Assembly: GCA_013115145.1 (NCBI GenBank) | Contig: JAAPAO010000076.1 | Coordinates: 25,324-89,323, forward strand | Length of the DNA: 64,000 bases | From: Perkinsus chesapeaki ATCC PRA-425 | Lineage: Eukaryota > Protista > Perkinsozoa | Reading direction: 5' to 3' | Shown here: positions 23,820 to 34,400 of the stretch, in pieces | Position numbering within the stretch: the stretch's first letter is position 1 | How the letters are laid out: each line of letters opens with the position of its first letter | Program-made: the position numbers and the translations under genes | Notes under the pieces: model-generated | Databases searched by the model: none | What the model saw: only the letters and a program-made list of their open reading frames with translations | Told to the model about the DNA's origin: nothing

Positions 23820-26800
23820 TCAATACACTTCTGCGTGATAACGACCTTCCCTTTTCATCCTGTTTAAGATATCCTGCCAATCACTCCCGTGCTTCGCACA
23901 AATCTCCGAGAGTGCCTCCTGAACTCCAGATTCCATCGCCTGACCACCAAAAAGGTGTTATCCACAGTAACGCCAAAAAATGTATTTAATAACAATTCTC
24001 ACCGTCCTTAGAGGAACGTATCTCATCGCTTATGAAGATTACTAGTATTTTAACACCAAGCTTAAGAGTAAAATAATTGGAAAGCACCAAGTGCTTGGAG
24101 GTACAGTTCGAGCCGGATTCGGTTCCTTAAACATTGATACATTTAGCCGCATCTGTCTGTCACGACTCGATCCGCTGGAACCAGATGATTTACCCATGCA
24201 CTCGTATTGCTGTTGTGTTTATTGAGGATCACCTTGCATTCACCTTCATGAATAACAACACCAAGTACTAGTTTCAATACTAATCAATTTGCGCTTTAAG
24301 ATAAGTATCCAATAAAACATATAACAAAGAACAGATCCCCTTTACGACATAATGCTGATATGCTATTAGATATTTCCACGAACCATCAATCCTTAGTAAC
24401 CTTACATACCTTCAAGCCACACATATACAAATGGAAATGTGGATCCTGCAGCCATGACCATATCTCATCCCCACACTCCCTCATTTTATTCTGGATGTAC
24501 CTAACACGATGACCCAATCAACTCTACTATCCCATTGATACGACCACCTAGCAGCAGCCCACCAGTTCTCCACGAAACTCTACTGCAGCTGTGGTGGACG
24601 ATTCCTCTACTATTGCCGTTCGACCACTTGCGTACACAATACCAGGATTGCGTGGCGCAATCCTTACGTATGGTCAGTATAAGACATTTCTTGTCCTCCT
24701 ATACCATCCCACTGGGAATTTAGTCATCGTTCATTGGTCAAATTGCACAATCCTCCCTGTCCCGTTTTCTACATTTTATTTCCCTTATCATCCTTCTCTT
24801 CTCTTGACAAGGCATAATCTATCCTCAAATGCTCTGGATTGCCCGACTCGTAATCCTCCAGCTCTTTCGGGTAAAGTATAGACGAGCGATCGGCAACACC
24901 TGTAAGCCATCCGTACCACACTTCGCAAACCATCTAATCCACAAGGCTGCGTAAAAACATTGCACTTTCTCCCCTTAGAAGATCTAAACTACCTGACGAT
25001 CATTCTACAACTCTCCAAGTCTCAGTCCCAGACGTGCAAGAGTAAAGTCACAACGCCCCGAGTCGAGACGATCTACTCCCTCCTCCGAATCTTTCTAAAT
25101 TTCAGTTCACACACTGGCATGTATGGTACTACCCGCAGGGATAGCCGCCTAAATTACCTATTAACATTTCCACCAAGTGTACTACTTCACGTTCCAAATG
25201 GGCCCTTTTACCAAATAATAAATTATCCAATGTCTCTAGCTGGAGCTCCAGCATCATATATATCAAACGCCTTACTATTACCTAGAATAAGCCAAAACTT
25301 TCCCTTTTGATTCGTAGAGCTGTTGTTAAACTGTGATGAGAGGAACCCTCTGAACGGTGCTATACCTGATGGTCAAGTAGCACTCAAGGGTAATATAATA
25401 ATACTGATACAAAAATACAACTACTCCGCTCGGCTATACGGGGAACGAACTTATAACTTAGCTGAGATGGGATATATGACAGCTCCGGGAAATGGCATAT
25501 CCTACCATACCAACGTAACACTCGAACAGACAAAGCAGCTTAAAACCCCCGCATAACCACAACTATAATATCTACTGTATTTCATATAACAACTTACATC
25601 ATTTTAACACACACTAAAAATCTAACACATACTATAGACTAATAATTACAACGCCTTTCTTTTATTTCCGATAATTATTTCCTCTAACCCTACTACCAGT
25701 CCCTGTTGCTAGCATGAGTACTTTAGACTCCTCCTCTTCAGGCAGTAGTAGCTCCTTGCCAGTCGGACCTAAGACCACCATATCTTAATGGTGATAGTAC
25801 TACCCAAAAGATACCTGTGATGTCAACTTTGTCGCCTGGCTTTAAATCACATAGGAAGTTCGAGCCTATACCTCTGTACACCTGAGAGCGCGGATAACGG
25901 ACACCCAGTGCAAACCGATCAGAAACTGACCAAGTCCAGATTTGAGAGCGCAGATAACGGACACCCAGTGCAAACCGATCAGAAACTGACCAAGTCCAGA
26001 TTTGGCGGCGTCATATACGCGATATGAAAGTTGTAGGATGAACATTTTGTATGATCCAACACACAGGAGATTTGAACTTACATGCCAAGGCGATCCCGTA
26101 GTCACTGATTCGAGATGAGTAATACAGTGGAGATAGTAAATCATCTTAACTGTGGTACGTAAAGCGTCCTCTCTACCCTCAGACCAGTCCTCTCAACGAC
26201 ATGAAGTCCTTGTAATATCCTCCTTTATCACCTTATGGCCGGCATATGGTCCAGCCACTTCTACTTCGCCATGATCCTTATCAACCTCTACCACTCTTTT
26301 CACGCATAGCGATACTGTTGCACCATCCTGGAGATCCCCCTGGCCAGCAGAAGCAATTGAGTAACTGACAAGCACAAACCATTGTGAGCTTCAAAGCTAT
26401 CATAAACAGGCGGAATGTCACATTCTGACAAGGAAGGCGCACGATAAGCCAGTCCCCCGCTCCACCGCAGATGCACACCATTTCAAGACACGAAATCCGT
26501 TCCCTAATATCGATATTCATTTGAGGCCTACGGAGAGCTACAACAGCCTCAAGCCATGAAATGTGTTTTCTTTTTCATTACACTCGCATTTTAGCCTGGG
26601 GTGGTATAATACCGATCGATTGGCCTTCTAGGTACTCTAGGTCGCCATGAGTGTCGAGTACAATATGACGCACCTAACAGTAATAACATCACTAATATCC
26701 TGGTCGAATGTATATATAGTGTCACACAATCTCTCTTGGAAGTGGGCAGTTACTTGGGACATAACTCGTACCATGTCTTCCGATGCAACGAACGCTCAAG

Positions 26801-27579
26801 ACGAAAAAAAATAACACACCAAGGTTGTCGGAATGGGCCCAGAAAGCTGCAAAGGCGCACTATCAATCTGGACACTGGACCGCAAGCCGATTATGACGAA
26901 CTACTACCAACGATTTTCATCTAAACCTATTTTCAATAACTGCTTGTTTGGAACGATACCAAATTTTTCCCAATAGCCACGGCCTGAGTACCGCTTTGCG
27001 ATGCGACGACCAAGCGAAATATGAAGCAAGGATGAAGCCGTTAGCCATATCACCTCAGCATTAGGTTTAGGTTCCTCAGTGGCAGGAGTGTTCGACAGGC
27101 ACACTGCTGATAGAGGCTTCTTTAATTTATGTTTATTAGCCTAATACGGGAAGTATCTAGTATGAACGGTACAAGTGATACTACCACAACACTTCGACCT
27201 CGCGAGGATATCATCTTGGGTTTTCTAGCCCTCCTTGTTACTTTATTTACTCGACCAAGTGCAACAAGGCCAACAAGAGCCATTATTGACATATATGATA
27301 TAGGAGATACCCAACCATGTGACGTCGAATCAACCTAAATAGAATCTTTCAGACATTTTTGAGCTCATTAGGATAACCTCTGCCGGCGAGCGACCGCTGT
27401 TCAGGGCGGCTTGGCCACGAAAAGCCTGCTCCCCCAAATGGGGTCTTACGAAACGGACGGTATCTGAGAATATCTTTAGCCTACGAGCTTGAAGCGCGAC
27501 ATTTACCTTGGAGAAGATACAAACATATTCCCAGTAGAATAAGGAGCACAGTGCTGCCACTCCGACTTCTATTCTTCAT
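23820..27579 (-). CDS. FNR: Plant-type ferredoxin-NADP+ reductase with N-terminal plastid-targeting leader (multi-exon)
   Basis: Phase-consistent exons: VRHIVLDTHGDLEYLEGQSIGIIP; YSIASAGQGDLQDGATVSLCVKRV; 25815-25881 VYRGIGSNFLCDLKPGDKVDITG; 25697-25768 PTGKELLLP..MLATGTG; 25282-25365 IAPFRGF..FWLILG; 24773-24899 VADRSSILY..IDYALSRE..GNKM; 24410-24500 YIQNKM..LYMCGLK; 23820-23939 AMESG..RYHAEVY* (C-terminal Tyr typical of plant-type FNR). Confidence 0.95.
25883..26003. repeat. Tandem 60-bp duplication (2 copies, 1 mismatch) in an FNR intron, adjacent to a splice acceptor
   Basis: TGAGAGCGC(G/A)GATAACGGACACCCAGTGCAAACCGATCAGAAACTGACCAAGTCCAGATT repeated at exactly 60-bp period. Confidence 0.95.
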
Positions 27580-27639
27580 CCCACTCCCACGCAACTGCAG
27601 TATTCCCAAAATGCTTCGATGGCCAGGGCGCGCGCGTAG

Positions 27640-27659
27640 TTTCGTGGCGCGTGACTATT
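27640..27659. promoter_or_regulatory. Candidate regulatory motif TTTCGTGGCGCGTGACTATT (copy 1) at a divergent strand switch
   Basis: Exact 20-bp match at 31625-31644. Lies 61 bp upstream of the FNR ATG. Function is inference only. Confidence 0.3.
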
Positions 27660-27769
27660 CCGGAGCACTTGTGTTGGCTGGCAAGGTTAGTGCTAAATAT
27701 TTTTCACTCATTTGTTGAGTTAGTATTGAAATATCTAATTGACGAGCCTCGGGCATGCTACACTGGCTT

Positions 27770-30700
27770 TGGGTAAAATGGGCGGGGCTCTTGGAATAAA
27801 TCAAATAATGATGTTTTATATTAATTATAAGTATATCGTAGAGAGACCTTTTCCTAGTATACTCGAAACTGGTAATTATGATATATACTGACTTTTAGTA
27901 AGTATTGGTGATATATGAGATACACTGTTGTTAGAGTTATCATCGTCAGTTGTCATTAGTACCATATCCCCTATATAGTAGATACACTAATATATCAGAC
28001 TAAATACCAGTTATATATTATTATTACAAGTAGCTGTTAACTAGCTTTCATAATTTTGTTCGTACACTTCATATCCTTTTACGAGTGACTGAGCCGGCAG
28101 CTATACTCCCATATGGAGTGTTGCCCGGAGAATAGTCGATAACTTATATATAATTAAAGCTACATGTATTATCGTATTCTACCCGTGTTGTTTGAGTTGA
28201 CTTTTATTTCTAATGGGTTTTGGAGATCGTCTTAAATTATTACGCAAACCCAAACCAGCAACAACAATACCAGCAACAGCAGCAGCAACAAACCAAGTTG
28301 CTTCCAGTCCTCCAAGCAATGAAGGCAGCAGAGGGGCACAGACAACGCCAGAGGTAGAGTGAAGTACAGCTAGAGGTGTCAGAATGCATTTAGGCATCCC
28401 TTAACGAGTTAAAACAGAAACTGCAGAACCTGGAAAGGACGCTTTCAAGGCCAGCTCAGTCGTCCACGGCAGCTGAGGTTGGAGTGATTGCTGGAACGAT
28501 GCCTGTAATGGTTCAGTGTTGCTTCAGGCGGCTCAGCAACTTCTCAATGAATGCCGAAATAAGTCGGCAATCTTGGAGTCGCAGGCGGACGTGTTTGCGG
28601 ACCAGGAGAAGTTCGAGTTGGTACAGGGCGTATTTGAGACGTCTGAGCAGTTGGAGAGGATTAATAAAAAGTAGTAAAGTACGTCATATTGAATATAAGT
28701 CAATTTCCGACTCTAAGCTTGGGAAGTATTGGATGCATTTTCGTAGCAAATTTTCGGTGAAATAGGACTTCCAGGAAGTTCTCTTCAGATTTGACACTTG
28801 GTATAACGCGGCCACTAGAACAGCAGTGGCCCATTCAGTGGCGGTAGAGAGAGCTCCTGCTGGAGTCCCTATTACGGCATCGCAGCCAGTTGGAGATGAT
28901 AAAGGTAAAATATCATTCATCGGAGAAAAGCTCATTTCTTTTGTTGAGCTCTGAGCGCCTTCTCAAGACAAATAGCGGAGTTGAGGATGATGATATGGGA
29001 TGATAGTAAACCAGTTGACCAATGTGATCTGGCAATTGCTGAGGCTAAATCCTGTAGTGAGGCTTTAGCCGGGAGGATGGATGTGTGGCTTAATAAGTAG
29101 TAGTAGGGGAGAAGAGGAGATGATGTAAATATTGTATAGTACGGAATAACACCAATGATACAGTAGAACTAACCACATTATTGCACCTTCGCATTAGTTA
29201 CCATTCCTACCTAGGTAAGCTATAACTTTTCAAGCTTGTGCTCGTTAAGATCTATAGGGCGTTAGGTTGGGCGGTAGCCTACTATGTCTTGAGCGATATA
29301 ATGTATTTCCTGTATGATTTCTGTTATCTTCATTTCTCTATTGCGGCTCCCCAAGTAGGCTTGCATGTGGCTCTACTTCGGGCCCCACTTCATGTGCTGT
29401 TTACTTGATCAATATACCGTTTTCCCTCGGTGGATCTTGCGAGGAAAAGCTTCGCTTTGTTGTGAATTTAATTGATCAGGAACGAGTCGGAGAGGATTAA
29501 TAAGTTAATGAAGTGCAATGATGACTTGGGCGATGTCGAGGAGGAATGGAAAGTCCTCAGGCTGCAGCGGACCTCTACGGCGACCAATCAAGCAGGATCA
29601 GAGGAGAGGTAGTGAGAGGGGGAGCTTATGGGGCAGGTGGGGGCAGAAAGTAGGCAAATTGGATCCTGGTGAAGCGGCGGTAGGTCAGCTAGGAGAGTTG
29701 TGGTGCGGCAAGTCCGGCGGCTTAATAGTTAGCAGAAGTGGTATTTTTTGTTCATTGCTTGATAGATTGTGGAAAATAGATCGTAGATAGGGTGGGTATA
29801 TATCTAGGGTGTTGTGCGGGGATTGAATGTTACTGTTGTTGTGTTGTTGTAGGAGTGATGATGGTAATGAGCAGAGACGGGAGGAAGAGGAGGCTCTGAG
29901 GGCGCAGAAGGAGGAGGAAGATCGGCTGGAGAAGGCTAAGGTGGAGGAGGAGGCTGAGAGGAACAGGAAAGAAGAAGCTGAACAGTTGGCTACTCAGAAG
30001 CAAGCAGCTGAAGAAGCTGAGAGGAAGGAGAAGGAGGAAGCTGAGAGGAAGGAGAAGGAGGAAGCTGAGAGGAAGGAGAAGGAGGAAGCTGAGAGGAAGG
30101 CAGCTGCGGAAGAGGAGAAAGAGAGGCAAGAGGCAATAGCGAGGGCACAGGCTGAGGCTGATAGAATAGCAAAGGAGGAAGCTGAGAGGAAGGAGAAGGA
30201 GGAAGCTGAGAGGAAGGAGAAGGAGGAAGCTGAGAGGAAGGAGAANNNNNNNNNNNNNNNNNNNNNNNNNNNNNNNNNNNNNNNNNNNNNNNNNNNNNNN
30301 NNNNNNNNNNNNNNNNNNNNNNNNNNNNNNNNNNNNNNNNNNTTAGAGGAAGGAGAAGGAGGAAGCTGAGAGGAAGGAGAAGGAGGAAGCTGAGAGGAAG
30401 GAGAAGGAGGAAGCTGATCGGAGAGCAGCTGCGGAAGCATCGGTTCTAGCAGCACAGGAGAGAGCAGCGGCGGAGGAGGCTGAGAGGAAGAAGGAAGAAG
30501 CTGAGAGGGAAGCAGCTAAGCAAGCAGCACAGGCAGCTCAGAAGCAAGCAGAGGAGAAGGAAGCCCGGAGGAAGAAGAAAGAGGCTGAAAGGAAGGAAAA
30601 GGAGGAGGCCGATAGGCAAAGAGAGGAGGAAGAAAGAAGAGCTAAAGAGGTCGAATTGGCCCGTAAAGAGGCCGAGGAAGCCAAGGAGGCAGCGGCTGCG

Positions 30701-31118
30701 CAACAGAGAGCTGCAGAGGAAGCAAAGAGGGCTGAAGCTGCCCAAGCAAGGGTTGAGGCGGCAACTGCCAGGACGAGGGGGATGGAAAATGGTAGCAAAG
30801 GGCAAGATTTGGCAGCAGGTGGAATGGCAGTAGGAAGCATAGTGGGAGCCTATAGAAGACCTAACTCGGCCAGAACGGATGAGGAAAGGAAGGAGATAGA
30901 GGCGAGGAATAATAGAATACTGTGGCAGATGAGGGAGGATGCTGCAAAGAAGGCATATAGAAGGAGAAAGGAGGCAGCTGAAGTGGAAGATAGTAGACAG
31001 ATGCAGAAAGCTGTGCAGTTTGATAAGGTAGTAAACAGGAGGGAGACTTGGGGGTTGAATCCGGACCTATGTGTAGCAGTATAGGGCGGCTTCCATTTGG
31101 GATTATCCTGTAGTATGA
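27770..31118 (+). CDS. Protein with two GAT-like (TOM1/GGA-type) helical bundles and a long Glu/Lys/Ala-rich coiled coil (multi-exon; start approximate)
   Basis: Exons SLNELKQKLQNLERTL..|LQAAQQLLNECRNKSAILESQAD..VFETSEQLERINK and RQIAELRMMIW..CSEALAGRMDVWLNK|NESERINKLMKCNDDLGDVEEEWK. These splice in phase into the EAERKEKE-repeat exon starting ~29853. Probable last exon YRAASIWDYPVV* 31080-31118. Confidence 0.6.
30013..30418 (+). repeat. Coding 24-bp tandem repeat (EAERKEKE)
   Basis: GAAGCTGAGAGGAAGGAGAAGGAG units on both sides of the assembly gap. Confidence 0.95.
30246..30342. other. Assembly gap (97 N)
   Basis: N run inside the 24-bp repeat. Confidence 1.
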
Positions 31119-31370
31119 CGTGGATTTACACTAATAATTGTTCATGAAAATGATTATTATAAATTCGACTTATCGGGATTTTTCCTGTTCTTTCGAACTT
31201 CTTTCTGGATTGATCTCCTCCGCACCTTCAATGCCATCTGGATAAGCAGTTGTAAAGATCGATGTTCGGATCCACAAGCGAGGAATTCCTTCACGTTTCC
31301 CCTCGCCAAAAACTAGAAGCGTATGTGGAGCATATATTTCAACTAGGATTCATATTGATAATATGGCTTG

Positions 31371-31444
31371 TAACACTATATAATACTATATAACACTATA
31401 TAATACTATATAACACTATATAACACTATATAACACTATATAAT
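31371..31444. repeat. 10-bp tandem repeat TAA(C/T)ACTATA x7
   Basis: Directly visible; begins at a probable GT donor (CTT|GTAACAC). Confidence 0.95.
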
Positions 31445-31479
31445 ATTGAATTATTGTGACGTTCGACACCTGGTGTCAG

Positions 31480-34400
31480 GACCATCGTGGTAAAGCCTAT
31501 GAGCGTTCATGCCTCCGCCTGTGGAGCATGTATGTGCGTGCATCTCAACATGCCAGAAGAAGGTTATATGAAGCTGCTAGTGACGAGGAAATGGCAGCTG
31601 CTGTTGATTATGCTACATCGGTAATTTCGTGGCGCGTGACTATTGCTGCCTGCTACTGTGTGTATTCAATAGATAAAGCTTGATAAACCGTCGGATATCC
31701 AGCTGATTAGAAGCTGTCATCGAAAGTTGGAGGAGTCGGATCGACAGGCTGTGCTTCGATCGGAGCTCAAGGCTGCTATGACGGCTCGAGATCTGGATGC
31801 CCTGGAAGAGGTAAGGATAATATGAGGGAGGGTTTTATTACATTATAAATTCACCACGCTCATATAACGATAGGGTAGAGCTCGGACCAATCAACCTGCT
31901 GCAGTGATCGGGGGTGCACGCATACACAAGGTGGAATAGAATAATGCAGTTGTCATTTTATCCGACCCTCAATTGGGGATCGGATCTCCGCGCAGGAGAG
32001 CTGAAAGTTGACTACCGACCTTCGGGTTCCGCAGCGGTGCCCAATGAGGCCTTAGTGGTTGGGTGCCGAGCCACATACTGACCATGCAGCACATTTCTTC
32101 TTTCTCGCGGTTAGCAGACTGGCTTTTGAGTGCAGCGCGACTGCGACTGAGGAATATATCTTCATATATACGCATCCTGTAGATCCAGGGCTATATGGTG
32201 GGTATCTTGTACGTATTGAATAGTTCCCTCACACTACTCTTCAAACTCATATCATCACAGGTCCTTCCAGCGCTACCTCGGGATGGCGTTGATTCAAGTG
32301 CTTATCGGATCCTTGCTGAGGAAAGGCTTCGAGATGCCGTCAATAGGAATGCCAAACCGGCCGAGTTGGAGAAGTTGATCGCTGAGGTGAGTAGTATCCG
32401 ATGAAACACATTTGGAAAATTACTTTCTTCAGGGTGAGCAGAACGGTGCTGCTACCGTCTATGTTACACCGGCCAAGGCACTCCTGGATTTATGGGGCGC
32501 GCGACGGATGTCAGATCTGATGGCGTCAGCTTCGTACTGTTCTAAGCTGGGCATGAAGTCCCTTCCTGCCGAGCCTGTCCATAGGCTTTCTGATGCCTTG
32601 CTGGCGTCTCGGGCATTCCGAAAGTGGAAGGCGTGCGTTTACAGCGCGGAGGAGAGCGAGACTAGGGCGCGGTATTTCTTCGAGTTGTGGAAGAGACGTT
32701 TGTCGTTGAGGAACGAAGTTGCAGAAATGGCAGCTGATGATGCGGTGAGCTCGGTGGAGCTCGAGAGGGTAGTTGGGGAGTGCAAAAGGATGGGGATCGA
32801 TGGAGTTGATGATGTGGCAATTTCGAAGGCAATGGAGAGAAAGGAAATGCTGGAGAGGATTTACGCGTCGGGAAATGTGGATGAGATGGTCGAAGCAGCG
32901 GAGGCCTGTAGGGACGCTGGAATACCGCTGGAAGATAATTTCAGGGCGCGTGAAGCTATAGGGGATGCTCTTGGAGCATCGCTGATACCGGGAGCGTTGA
33001 ATGTTACAGAGCTTGAGAGGCTGATAGATGTTGCAAAATATGCTGGAGTGCCGACGACATATTCGGAGATTGTGGTGCAGAGCAGAAAGTGGGATGTGGT
33101 GGTGAGGGACTTTAGGGAAGGGAAGGATAGACAACATTTAGCAAGGATAATGGATACATGGCATCAATATGCAAGGTAATGATATTGGGAAAATCTTAAC
33201 AGTGCGTAGTATTGGGGGAATCTTTACAGTGCGTAATATTGGGAAAATCTTTAGAGTTAGTAATATTGGGAGAATCTTTAGAGCGCTTAATATCGGGGAA
33301 ATCTTTAAAGTGCGTAATATTGGGAAAATCTTTATAGTGCGTAGAATTGGGAATCTTTAGAGTAAGTAGTATCGGGAAAATCTTTGTAGTGCGTAGTTAT
33401 TGGGAATCTTCAGAGTGCGTAATACTGAAGTCCGTCCCAGGATGTTTGGGGATTTCCCGCAGGAACGTAACCAGCTGAGGCGAACGTGTATAAAATGCAT
33501 GTTGTGAATAGTTGTAGTCGATGAAGGGTAGTATGCAATGTCTTCGAGTGCAGCATTAGGGACCCTAATTTAGAGGACGGTGTACGTGTGAAATGGTGAA
33601 GGTATTATTATAACACCATCACAGTTGTAATCAGTATTAAAAATGGCTATAGGATAATGGTGTAGGGAGTGAAGGAGTGCGCATTAGTAGTATGAATTTA
33701 AGATTTATGTTTATGAATAGCCTTCATTGACAGTATTATAAACCTACTGATGGTTAGAGCGACTTCTTATCAATACGAGAAATGGTAGCAGAATTTGCGA
33801 TTGATAGATACGCTGCTCGCCTGGAAGGTATTGAAGGGGATATTCGGAGCTCATACGAATTGGGGCTGCTGAACGAGGCCTTTGGAGTTTGGGCTGATTG
33901 GGCAAATAAGCAAAAGGATATGAAATATAGAACGGCCAAGGTTATGGCACATTGTGACGATTTAAGGATAAGGCGTGCTTGGAGAGGTTGGAAGGAGTAT
34001 AGTGTAGAGTATAGGGAGATAGAGAGGAAGGTAATAGGGAGATGGAGGAGGATTGGATATATTGGTGGATCTACTTGGAACTTATAGCAATGTTACCTTT
34101 ATGAGCTTATATAATAGTAATATTACCTTTATATATGAACTTACGTGGCAGTACAGGAGTTGGGCAGCGGACTGAGCTATACTCCTATACTGGCACTCGC
34201 GGCGATTGACTCGCTTTCCTGGTCCGAGGAGAAGTACCGCTATATAAAAATATTATCTCATATACGAACTTATATAGTAGCATGATTGCCGCTGCCGTCT
34301 ACCTGCCCATTTTATAGGTGTGAGGTAAGTCGTAGAGTATATAGTGTGTTCTTATGTTGTTGTGGATCGAGGAAATTTAAGAGAGTATTTCCATTCGATG

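Noticed and set aside
28179-28397. Minus-strand ORF resembling a second plastid leader (hydrophobic stretch then basic residues)
   Set aside because: It is the antisense shadow of a plus-strand Ala/Thr-rich exon of the GAT-like gene, which has proper splice sites.
29827-29852. MLLLLCCC as a palmitoylated N-terminus
   Set aside because: It is the TG-rich 3' end of an intron; the upstream exon splices in phase at TGTAG|G.
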